This document shows positions 44,110 through 57,500 of a stretch of 64,000 nt of DNA, piece by piece. The notes beneath the pieces are model-generated. The model saw only the letters and a program-made list of their open reading frames with translations, was not told where the DNA came from and did no database searches. Source of the stretch: Eledone cirrhosa (taxonomy: Eukaryota); assembly GCA_964016885.1 (NCBI GenBank), contig OZ024743.1:98828001-98892000 (forward strand), given 5' to 3'. A program made the translations under genes and the position numbers. Each line of letters opens with the position of its first letter. Position 1 is the first letter of the stretch.

Positions 44110-46930
44110 TACCTTCTGCTCTACAATCTCTCCTCCTTACAGCATACATCAATTACCTACTGCTCTACAATCTCTCCTCTTTACAGCATACATCAACTAT
44201 CTTCTGCTCTACAATCTCTCCTGTTTACAGCATACATCAACTACCTTCTGCTCTACAATCTCTCCTGTTCACAGCATACATCAACTACCTACTGCTCTAC
44301 AATCTCTCCTGTTTACAGCATACATCAACTATCTTCTGCTCTACAATCTCCCCTCTTTACAGCATACATCAACTACCTACTGCTCTACAATCTCTCCTCT
44401 TTACAGCATACATCAACTACCTTCTGCTCTACAATCTCTCCTGTTTACAGCATGCATCAACTACCTTCTGCTCTACAATCTCTCCTCTTTACAGCATACA
44501 TCAACTACCTTCTGCTCTACAATCTCTCCTGTTTACAGCATACATCAACTACCTTCTGCTCTACAATCTCTCCTCTTTACAGCATACATCAACTACCTAC
44601 TGCTCTACAATCTCTCCTGTTTACAGCATACATCAACTATCTTCTGCTCTACAATCTCTCCTCTTTACAGCATACATCAACTACCTACTGCTCTACAATC
44701 TCTCCTGTTTACAGCATACATCAACTATCTTCTGCTCTACAATCTCTCCTGTTTACAGCATACATCAACTACCTTCTGCTCTACAATCTCTCCTCTTTAC
44801 AGCATACATCAACTACCTTCTGCTCTACAATCTCTCCTGTTTACAGCATACATCAACTACCTTCTGCTCTACAATCTCTCCTCTTTACAGCATACATCAA
44901 CTACCTACTGCTCTACAATCTCTCCTGTTTACAGCATACATCAACTATCTTCTGCTCTACAATCTCTCCTCTTTACAGCATACATCAACTACCTACTGCT
45001 CTACAATCTCTCCTGTTTACAGCATACATCAACTATCTTCTGCTCTACAATCTCTCCTGTTTACAGCATACATCAACTACCTTCTGCTCTACAATCTCTC
45101 CTCTTTACAGCATACATCAACTACCTTCTGCTCTAAAATCTCTCCTGTTTACAGCATACATCAACTACCTTCTGCTCTACAATCTCTCCTCTTTACAGCA
45201 TACATCAACTACCTACTGCTCTACAATCTCTCCTGTTTACAGCATACATCAACTATCTTCTGCTCTACAATCTCTCCTGTTTACAGCATACTTCAACTAC
45301 CTACTGCTCTACAATCTCTCCTGTTTACAGCATACATCAACTATCTTCTGCTCTACAATCTCTCCTGTTTACAGCATAAATCAACTATCTTCTGCTCTAC
45401 AATCTCTCCTCTTTACAGCATACATCAACTACCTACTGCTCTACAATCTCTCCTGTTTACAGCATACATCAACTATCTCCTGCTCTACAATCTCTCCTGT
45501 TTACAGCATACTTCAACTACCTACTGCTCTACAATCTCTCCTCCTTACAGCATACATCAATTACCTACTGCTCTACAATCTCTCCTCTTTACAGCATACA
45601 TCAACTATCTTCTGCTCTACAATCTCTCCTGTTTACAGCATACATCAACTACCTTCTGCTCTACAATCTCTCCTGTTCACAGCATACATCAACTACCTAC
45701 TGCTCTACAATCTCTCCTGTTTACAGCATACATCAACTATCTTCTGCTCTACAATCTCCCCTCTTTACAGCATACATCAACTACCTACTGCTCTACAATC
45801 TCTCCTCTTTACAGCATACATCAACTACCTTCTGCTCTACAATCTCTCCTGTTTACAGCATGCATCAACTACCTTCTGCTCTACAATCTCTCCTCTTTAC
45901 AGCATACATCAACTACCTTCTGCTCTACAATCTCTCCTGTTTACAGCATACATCAACTACCTTCTGCTCTACAATCTCTCCTCTTTACAGCATACATCAA
46001 CTACCTACTGCTCTACAATCTCTCCTGTTTACAGCACACATCAACTATCTTCTGCTCTACAATCTCTCCTCTTTACAGCATACATCAACTACCTACTGCT
46101 CTACAATCTCTCCTGTTTACAGCATACATCAACTATCTTCTGCTCTACAATCTCTCCTGTTTACAGCATACATCAACTACCTTCTGCTCTACAATCTCTC
46201 CTCTTTACAGCATACATCAACTACCTTCTGCTCTACAATCTCTCCTGTTTACAGCATACATCAACTACCTTCTGCTCTACAATCTCTCCTCTTTACAGCA
46301 TACATCAACTACCTACTGCTCTACAATCTCTCCTGTTTACAGCATACATCAACTATCTTCTGCTCTACAATCTCTCCTCTTTACAGCATACATCAACTAC
46401 CTACTGCTCTACAATCTCTCCTGTTTACAGCATACATCAACTATCTTCTGCTCTACAATCTCTCCTGTTTACAGCATACATCAACTACCTTCTGCTCTAC
46501 AATCTCTCCTCTTTACAGCATACATCAACTACCTTCTGCTCTAAAATCTCTCCTGTTTACAGCATACATCAACTACCTTCTGCTCTACAATCTCTCCTCT
46601 TTACAGCATACATCAACTACCTACTGCTCTACAATCTCTCCTGTTTACAGCATACATCAACTATCTTCTGCTCTACAATCTCTCCTGTTTACAGCATACT
46701 TCAACTACCTACTGCTCTACAATCTCTCCTGTTTACAGCATACATCAACTATCTTCTGCTCTACAATCTCTCCTGTTTACAGCATAAATCAACTATCTTC
46801 TGCTCTACAATCTCTCCTCTTTACAGCATACATCAACTACCTACTGCTCTACAATCTCTCCTGTTTACAGCATACATCAACTATCTTCTGCTCTACAATC
46901 TCTCCTGTTTACAGCATACTTCAACTACCT
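44110..46930. repeat. Approximately 32-monomer (1,408 bp) tandem duplication
   Basis: catgcatc ATG at 44452/45860. ctccttac, caattacc, gttcacag and ctctaaaatc all recur at +1,408. Confidence 0.85.
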
Positions 46931-46969
46931 ACTGCTCTACAATCTCTCCTGTTTACAGCATACATCAAC

Positions 46970-49900
46970 TATCTTCTGCTCTACAATCTCTCCTGTTTAC
47001 AGCATACATCAACTATCTTCTGCTCTACAATCTCTCCTGTTTACAGCATACATCAACTACCTTCTGCTCTACAATCTCTCCTCTTTACAGCATACATCAA
47101 CTACCTTCTGCTCTACAATCTCTCCTCTTTACAGCATACATCAACTACTTACTGCTCTACAATCTCCCCTCTTTACAGCATACATCAACTATCTTCTGCT
47201 CTACAATCTCTCCTCTTTACAACATACATCAACTACCTCCTGCTCTACAATCTCTCCTGTTTACAACATACATCAACTATCTTCTGCTCTACAATCTTTC
47301 CTGTTTACAGCATACATCAACTACCTGCGGCACTACAATCTCTACTGTTTACAGCATACATCAACTACCTTCTGCTCTACAATCTCTCCTCTTTACAGCA
47401 TACATCAACTACCTCCTGCTCTACAATCTCTCCTGTTTACAACATACATCAACTACCTTCTGCTCTACAATCTCTCCTCTTTACAGCATACATCAACTAC
47501 CTTCTGCTCTACAATCTCTCCTCTTTACAGCATACATCAACTACCTTCTGCTCTACAACCTCTCCTGTTTACAGCATACATCAACTACCTTCTGTTCTAC
47601 AATCTCTCCTGTTTACAGCATACATCAACTACCTTCTGTTCTACAATCTCTCCTGTTTACAACATACATCAACTACCTTCTGTTCTACAATCTCTCCTCT
47701 TTACAGCATACATAACTACCTTCTGCTCAACAATCTCTCATGTTTACAGCATACATCAACTACCTTCTGCTCTACAATCTCTCCTGTTTACAGCATACAT
47801 CAACTACCTTCTGCTCTACAATCTCTCCTGTTTACAACATACATAAACTACCTTCTGCTGTACAATCTCTCCTCTTTACAGCATACATCAACTACCTTCT
47901 GTTCTACAATCTCTCCTCTTTACAGCATATATCAACTACCTTCTGCTCTACAACCTCTCCTGTTTACAGCATACATCAACTATCTTCTGTTCAACAATCT
48001 CTCCTGTTTACAGCATACATCAACTACCTTCTGTTCTACAATCTCTACTGTTTACAACATACATCAACTATCTTCTGTTCTACAATCTCTCCTGTTTACA
48101 ACATACATCAACTACCTCTTGCTCTACAATCTCTCCTGTTTACAGCATACATCAACTACCTTCTGCTCTACAATCTCTCCTCTTTACAGCATACATCAAT
48201 TACCTACTGCTCTACAATCTCTCCTCTTTACAGCATACATCAACTATCTTCTGCTCTACAATCTCTCCTGTTTACAGCATACATCAACTACCTTCTGCTC
48301 TACAATCTCTCCTGTTTACAGCATACATCAACTACCTACTGCTCTACAATCTCTCCTGTTTACAGCATACATCAACTATCTTCTGCTCTACAATCTCCCC
48401 TCTTTACAGCATACATCAACTACCTACTGCTCTACAATCTCTCCTCTTTACAGCATACATCAACTACCTTCTGCTCTACAATCTCTCCTGTTTACAGCAT
48501 GCATCAACTACCTTCTGCTCTACAATCTCTCCTCTTTACACCATACATCAACTACCTACTGGTCTACAATCTCTCCTGTTTACAGCTTACATCAACTATC
48601 TTCTGCTCTACAATCTCTCCTCTTTACAGCATACATCAACTATCTTCTGCTCTACAATCTCTCCTGTTTACAGCATACATCAACTATCTTCTGCTCTACA
48701 ATCTCTCCTGTTTACAGCATACATCAACTACCTTCTGCTCTACAATCTCTCCTCTTTACAGCATACATCAACTACCTTCTGCTCTACAATCTCTCCTCTT
48801 TACAGCATACATCAACTACTTACTGCTCTACAATCTCCCCTCTTTACAGCATACATCAACTATCTTCTGCTCTACAATCTCTCCTCTTTACAACATACAT
48901 CAACTACCTCCTGCTCTACAATCTCTCCTGTTTACAACATACATCAACTATCTTCTGCTCTACAATCTTTCCTGTTTACAGCATACATCAACTACCTGCG
49001 GCACTACAATCTCTACTGTTTACAGCATACATCAACTACCTTCTGCTCTACAATCTCTCCTCTTTACAGCATACATCAACTACCTCCTGCTCTACAATCT
49101 CTCCTGTTTACAACATACATCAACTACCTTCTGCTCTACAATCTCTCCTCTTTACAGCATACATCAACTACCTTCTGCTCTACAATCTCTCCTCTTTACA
49201 GCATACATCAACTACCTTCTGCTCTACAACCTCTCCTGTTTACAGCATACATCAACTACCTTCTGTTCTACAATCTCTCCTGTTTACAGCATACATCAAC
49301 TACCTTCTGTTCTACAATCTCTCCTGTTTACAACATACATCAACTACCTTCTGTTCTACAATCTCTCCTCTTTACAGCATACATAACTACCTTCTGCTCA
49401 ACAATCTCTCATGTTTACAGCATACATCAACTACCTTCTGCTCTACAATCTCTCCTGTTTACAGCATACATCAACTACCTTCTGCTCTACAATCTCTCCT
49501 GTTTACAACATACATAAACTACCTTCTGCTGTACAATCTCTCCTCTTTACAGCATACATCAACTACCTTCTGTTCTACAATCTCTCCTCTTTACAGCATA
49601 TATCAACTACCTTCTGCTCTACAACCTCTCCTGTTTACAGCATACATCAACTATCTTCTGTTCAACAATCTCTCCTGTTTACAGCATACATCAACTACCT
49701 TCTGTTCTACAATCTCTACTGTTTACAACATACATCAACTATCTTCTGTTCTACAATCTCTCCTGTTTACAACATACATCAACTACCTCTTGCTCTACAA
49801 TCTCTCCTGTTTACAGCATACATCAACTACCTTCTGCTCTACAATCTCTCCTCTTTACAGCATACATCAATTACCTACTGCTCTACAATCTCTCCTCTTT

Positions 49901-50310
49901 ACAGCATACATCAACTATCTTCTGCTCTACAATCTCTCCTGTTTACAGCATACATCAACTACCTTCTGCTCTACAATCTCTCCTGTTTACAGCATACATC
50001 AACTACCTACTGCTCTACAATCTCTCCTGTTTACAGCATACATCAACTATCTTCTGCTCTACAATCTCCCCTCTTTACAGCATACATCAACTACCTACTG
50101 CTCTACAATCTCTCCTCTTTACAGCATACATCAACTACCTTCTGCTCTACAATCTCTCCTGTTTACAGCATGCATCAACTACCTTCTGCTCTACAATCTC
50201 TCCTCTTTACACCATACATCAACTACCTACTGGTCTACAATCTCTCCTGTTTACAGCTTACATCAACTATCTTCTGCTCTACAATCTCTCCTCTTTACAG
50301 CATACATCAA
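46970..50310. repeat. 38-monomer tandem duplication (1,671 bp = 38x44-1) that includes a 1-bp deletion monomer
   Basis: cctgcggcactac at about 47325/48996, cataactac deletion at about 47714/49385, ctcatgttt ATG at 47740/49411, cctcttgc at about 48115/49786. Confidence 0.92.
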
Positions 50311-53300
50311 CTACCTACTGCTCTACAATCTCTCCTGTTTACAGCATACATCAACTATCATCTGCTCTACAATCTCTCCTGTTTACAGCATACATCAACT
50401 ACCTACTGCTCTACAATCTCTCCTGTTTACAGCATACATCAACTATCTTCTGCTCTACAATCTCTCCTGTTTACAGCATACATCAACTACCTTCTGCTCT
50501 ACAATCTCTCCTCTTTACAGCATACATCAACTACCTTCTGCTCTACAATCTCTCCTGTTTACAGCATACATCAACTACCTTCTGCTCTACAATCTCTCCT
50601 CTTTACAGCATACATCAACTACCTACTGCTCTACAATCTCTCCTGTTTACAGCATACATCAACTATCTTCTGCTCTACAATCTCTCCTGTTTACAGCATA
50701 CATCAACTACCTACTGCTCTACAATCTCTCCTGTTTACAGCATACATCAACTATCTTCTGCTCTACAATCTCTCCTGTTTACAGCATACATCAACTACCT
50801 TCTGCTCTACAATCTCTCCTCTTTACAGCATACATCAACTACCTTCTGCTCTACAATCTCTCCTGTTTACAGCATACATCAACTACCTTCTGCTCTACAA
50901 TCTCTCCTCTTTACAGCATACATCAACTACCTACTGCTCTACAATCTCTCCTGTTTACAGCATACATCAACTATCTTCTGCTCTACAATCTCTCCTGTTT
51001 ACAGCATACATCAACTACCTACTGCTCTACAATCTCTCCTGTTAACAGCATACATCAACTATCTTCTGCTCTACAATCTCTCCTGTTTACAGCATACATC
51101 AACTACCTTCTGCTCTACAATCTCTCCTCTTTACAGCATACATCAACTACCTTCTGCTCTACAATCTCTCCTGTTTACAGCATACATCAACTACCTTCTG
51201 CTCTACAATCTCTCCTCTTTACAGCATACATCAACTACCTACTGCTCTACAATCTCTCCTGTTTACAGCATACATCAACTATCTTCTGCTCTACAATCTC
51301 TCCTCTTTACAGCATACATCAACTACCTACTGCTCTACAATCTCTCCTGTTTACAGCATACATCAACTATCTTCTGCTCTACAATCTCTCCTGTTTACAG
51401 CATACATCAACTACCTTCTGCTCTACAATCTCTCCTCTTTACAGCATACATCAACTACCTTCTGCTCTAAAATCTCTCCTGTTTACAGCATACATCAACT
51501 ACCTTCTGCTCTACAATCTCTCCTCTTTACAGCATACATCAACTACCTACTGCTCTACAATCTCTCCTGTTTACAGCATAAATCAACTATCTTCTGCTCT
51601 ACAATCTCTCCTCTTTACAGCATACATCAACTACCTACTGCTCTACAATCTCTCCTGTTTACAGCATACATCAACTATCTTCTGCTCTACAATCTCTCCT
51701 GTTTACAGCATACTTCAACTACCTACTGCTCTACAATCTCTCCTCTTTACAGCATACATCAACTACCTTCTGTTCTACAATCTCTCCTGTTTACAGCATA
51801 CATCAACTATCTTCTGCTCTACAATCTCTCCTGTTTACAGCATACATCAACTACCTTCTGCTCTACAATCTCTCCTCTTTACAGCATACATCAACTACCT
51901 TCTGCTCTACAATCTCCCCTCTTTACAGCATACATCAACTATCTTCTGCTCTACAATCTCTCCTCTTTACAACATACATCAACTACCTCCTGCTCTACAA
52001 TCTCTCCTGTTTACAACATACATCAACTATCTTCTGCTCTACAATCTTTCCTGTTTACAGCATACATCAACTACCTTCGGCTCTACAATCTCTCCTCTTT
52101 ACAGCATACATCAACTACCTCCTGCTCTACAATCTCTCCTGTTTACAACATACATCAACTACCTTCTGCTCTACAATCTCTCCTCTTTACAGCATACATC
52201 AACTACCTTCTGCTCTACAATCTCTCCTCTTTACAGCATACATCAACTACCTTCTGCTCTACAACCTCTCCTGTTTACAGCATACATCAACTACCTTCTG
52301 TTCTACAATCTCTCCTGTTTACAGCATACATCAACTACCTTCTGTTCTACAATCTCTCCTGTTTACAACATACATCAACTACCTTCTGTTCTACAATCTC
52401 TCCTCTTTACAGCATACATAACTACCTTCTGCTCAACAATCTCTCATGTTTACAGCATACATCAACTACCTTCTGCTCTACAATCTCTCCTGTTTACAGC
52501 ATACATCAACTACCTTCTGCTCTACAATCTCTCCTGTTTACAACATACATAAACTACCTTCTGCTGTACAATCTCTCCTCTTTACAGCATACATCAACTA
52601 CCTTCTGTTCTACAATCTCTCCTCTTTACAGCATATATCAACTACCTTCTGCTCTACAACCTCTCCTGTTTACAGCATACATCAACTACCTTCTGTTCTA
52701 CAATCTCTCCTGTTTACAGCATACATCAACTACCTTCTGTTCTACAATCTCTACTGTTTACAACATACATCAACTATCTTCTGTTCTACAATCTCTCCTG
52801 TTTACAACATACATCAACTACCTTCTGTTCTACAATCTCTACTGTTTACAACATACATCAACTATCTTCTGTTCTACAATCTCTCCTCTTTACAGCATAC
52901 ATCAACTACCTTCTGCTCTACAATCTCTCCTGTTTACAGCATACATAAACTACCTTCTGCTCTACAATCTCTCCTGTTTACAACATACATAAACTACCTT
53001 CTGCTGTACAATCTCTCCTCTTTACAGCATACATCAACTACCTTCTGCTCTACAATCTCTCCTGTTTACAGCATACATCAACTCCCTTCTGCTCTACAAT
53101 CTCTCCTGTTTACAGCATACATCAACTACCTTCTGCTCTACAATCTCTCCTCTTTACAACATACATCAACTACCTGCTGCTCTAAAATCCCCCCTCTTTA
53201 CAGCATACATCAACTACCTTCTGCTCTACAATCTCTCCTGTTTACAGCATACATCAACTACCTTCTGCTCTACAATCTCTCCTCTTTACAACATACATCA

Positions 53301-54599
53301 ACTACCTGCTGCTCTACAATCCCCCCTCTTTACATCATACATCATCTACCTTCTGCTCTACAATCTCTCCTGTTTACAGCATACATCAACTACCTTCTGC
53401 TCTACAATCTCTCCTGTTTACAGCATACATCAACTAACTTCTGCTCTACAATCTCTCCTCTTTACAGCATACATCAACTACCTACTGCTCTACAATCTCT
53501 CCTGTTTACAGCATACATCAACTATCTTCTGCTCTACAATCTCTCCTCTTTACAGCATACATCAACTACCTACTGCTCTACAATCTCTCCTGTTTACAGC
53601 ATACATCAACTACCTCCTGCTCTACAATCTCTCCTGTTTACAACATACATCAACTACCTTCTGCTCTACAATCTCTCCTGTTTACAGCATACATCAACTA
53701 CCTTCTGCTCTACAATCTCTCCTGTTTACAGCATACATCAACTCCCTTCTGCTCTACAATCTCTCCTGTTTACAGCATACATCAACTCCCTTCTGCTCTA
53801 CAATCTCTCCTCTTTACAGCATACATCAACTACCTTCTGCTCTACAATCTTTCCTATTTACAGCATACATCAACTACCTTCTGCTCTACAATCTCTCCTG
53901 TTTACATAATACATCAACTACCTTCTGCTCTACAATCTCTCCTGTTTACAGCATACACCAACTATCTTCTGTTCTACAATCTCTCCTGTTTACAGCATAC
54001 ATCAACTACCTTCTGCTCTACAATCTCTCCTGTTTACAGCATACACCAACTATCTTCTGCTCTACAATCTCCCCTGTTTACAGCATACATCAACTTCCTT
54101 CTGCTCTACAATCTCTCCGGTTTACAACATACACCAACTATCTTCTGCTCTACAACCTCTCCTGTTTACAACATACATCAACTACCTTCTGCTCTACAAT
54201 CTTTCCTGTTTACAGCATACATCAACTACCTTCTGCTCTACAATCTCTCCTCTTTACAGCATACATCAACTACCTTCTGCTCTACAATCTTTCCTATTTA
54301 CAGCATACATCAACTACCTTCTGCTCTACAATCTCACCTGTTTACAGCATACATCAACTACCTTCTGCTCTACAATATCTCCTCTTTACAGCATACATCA
54401 ACTACCTACTGCTCTACAATCTCTCCTGTTTACAGCATACATCAACTATCTTCTGCTCTACAATCTCTCCTCTTTACAGCATACATCAACTACCTACTGC
54501 TCTACAATCTCTCCTGTTTACAGCATACATCAACTATCTTCTGCTCTACAATCTCTCCTGTTTACAGCATACATCAACTACCTTCTGCTCTACAATCTC

Positions 54600-57500
54600 T
54601 CCTCTTTACAGCATACATCAACTACCTTCTGCTCTACAATCTCTCCTGTTTACAGCATACATCAACTAACTTCTGCTCTACAATCTCTCCTCTTTACAGC
54701 ATACATCAACTACCTACTGCTCTACAATCTCTCCTGTTTACAGCATACATCAACTATCTTCTGCTCTACAATCTCTCCTCTTTACAGCATACATCAACTA
54801 CCTACTGCTCTACAATCTCTCCTGTTTACAGCATACATGAACAATCTTCTGCTCTACAATCTCTCCTGTTTACAGCATACATCAACTACCTTCTGCTCTA
54901 CAATCTCGCCTCTTTACAGCATACATCAACTACCTTCTGCTCTACAATCTCTCCTCTTTACAGCATACATCAACTACCTACTGCTCTACAATCTCTCCTG
55001 TTTACAGCATACATCAACTATCTTCTGCTCTACAATCTCTCCTGTTTACAACATACATAAACTACCTTCTGCTGTACAATCTCTCCTCTTTACAGCATAC
55101 ATCAACTACCTTCTGCTCTACAATCTCTCCTCTTTACAGCATACATCAACTACCTTCTGCTCTACAATCTCACCTGTTTACCGCATACATCAACTACCTT
55201 CTGCTCTACAATCTCTCCTCTTTACAACATACATCAACTACCTGCTGCTCTACAATCCCCCCTCTTTACAGCATACATCAACTAACTTCTGCTCTACAAT
55301 CTCTCCTGTTTACAGCATACATCAACTACCTTCTTCTCTACAATCTCTCCTCTTTACAACATACATCAACTACCTGCTGCTCTACAATCCCCCCTCTTTA
55401 CATCATACATCATCTACCTTCTGCTCTACAATCTCTCCTGTTTACAGCATACATCAACTACCTTCTGCTCTACAATCTCTCCTGTTTACAGCATACATCA
55501 ACTAACTTCTGCTCTACAATCTCTCCTCTTTACAGCATACATCAACTACCTACTGCTCTACAATCTCTCCTGTTTACAGCATACATCAACTACCTACTGC
55601 TCTACAATCTCTCCTGTTTACAGCATACATCAACAATCTTCTGCTCTACAATCTCTCCTGTTTACAGCATACATCAACTACCTTCTGCTCTACAATCTCG
55701 CCTCTTTACAGCATACATCAACTACCTTCTGCTCTACAATCTCTCCTCTTTAGAGCATACATCAACTACCTACTGCTCTACAATCTCTCCTGTTTACAGC
55801 ATACATCAACTATCTTCTGCTCTACAATCTCTCCTGTTTACAACATACATAAACTACCTTCTGCTGTACAATCTCTCCTCTTTACAGCATACATCAACTA
55901 CCTTCTGCTCTACAATCTCTCCTCTTTACAGCATACATCAACTACCTTCTGCTCTACAATCTCTCCTGTTTACAGCATACATCAACTACCTTCTGCTCTA
56001 CAATCTCTCCTCTTTACAACATACATCAACTACCTGCTGCTCTACAATCCCCCCTCTTTACAGCATACATCAACTAACTTCTGCTCTACAATCTCTCCTG
56101 TTTACAGCATACATCAACTACCTTCTTCTCTACAATCTCTCCTCTTTACAACATACATCAACTACCTGCTGCTCTACGATCCCCCCTCTTTACATCATAC
56201 ATCATCTACCTTCTGCTCTACAATCTCTCCTGTTTACAGCATACATCAACTACCTTCTGCTCTACAATCTCTCCTGTTTACAGCATACATCAACTAACTT
56301 CTGCTCTACAATCTCTCCTCTTTACAGCATACATCAACTACCTACTGCTCTACAATCTCTCCTGTTTACAGCATACATCAACTATCTTCTGCTCTACAAT
56401 CTCTCCTCTTTACAGCATACATCAACTACCTACTGCTCTACAATCTCTCCTGTTTACAGCATACATCAACTACCTCCTGCTCTACAATCTCTCCTGTTTA
56501 CAACATACATCAACTACCTTCTGCTCTACAATCTCTCCTGTTTAAAGCATACATCAACTACCTTCTGCTCTACAATCTCTCCTGTTTACAGCATACATCA
56601 ACTCCCTTCTGCTCTACAATCTCTCCTGTTTACAGCATACATCAACTCCCTTCTGCTCTACAATCTCTCATCTTTACAGCATACATCAACTACCTTCTGC
56701 TCTACAATCTTTCCTATTTACAGCATACATCAACTACCTTCTGCTCTACAATCTCTCCTGTTTACATCATACATCAACTACCTTCTGCTCTACAATCTCT
56801 CCTGTTTACAGCATACACCAACTATCTTCTGTTCTACAATCTCTCCTGTTTACAGCATACATCAACTACCTTCTGCTCTACAATCTCTCCTGTTTACAGC
56901 ATACATCAACTAACTTCTGCTCTACAATCTCTCCTCTTTACAGCATACATCAACTACCTACTGCTCTACAATCTCTCCTGTTTACAGCATACATCAACTA
57001 TCTTCTGCTCTACAATCTCTCCTCTTTACAGCATACATCAACTACCTACTGCTCTACAATCTCTCCTGTTTACAGCATACATGAACAATCTTCTGCTCTA
57101 CAATCTCTCCTGTTTACAGCATACATCAACTACCTTCTGCTCTACAATCTCGCCTCTTTACAGCATACATCAACTACCTTCTGCTCTACAATCTCTCCTC
57201 TTTACAGCATACATCAACTACCTACTTCTCTACAATCTCTCCTGTTTACAGCATACATCAACTATCTTCTGCTCTACAATCTCTCCTGTTTACAACATAC
57301 ATAAACTACCTTCTGCTGTACAATCTCTCCTCTTTACAGCATACATCAACTACCTTCTGCTCTACAATCTCTCCTCTTTACAGCATACATCAACTACCTT
57401 CTGCTCTACAATCTCTCCTGTTTACCGCATACATCAACTACCTTCTGCTCTACAATCTCTCCTCTTTACAACATACATCAACTACCTGCTGCTCTACAAT

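Noticed and set aside
38820-53909. Resemblance of LPSALQSLLF / LLLYNLSSLQH to leucine-rich-repeat or FNIP-type motifs, and of STT-rich parts to mucins
   Set aside because: Leu/Ser/Thr/Pro richness follows from C/T-rich codons. The three peptide segments are the same 44 nt read in three frames, so codon-level selection cannot be inferred.
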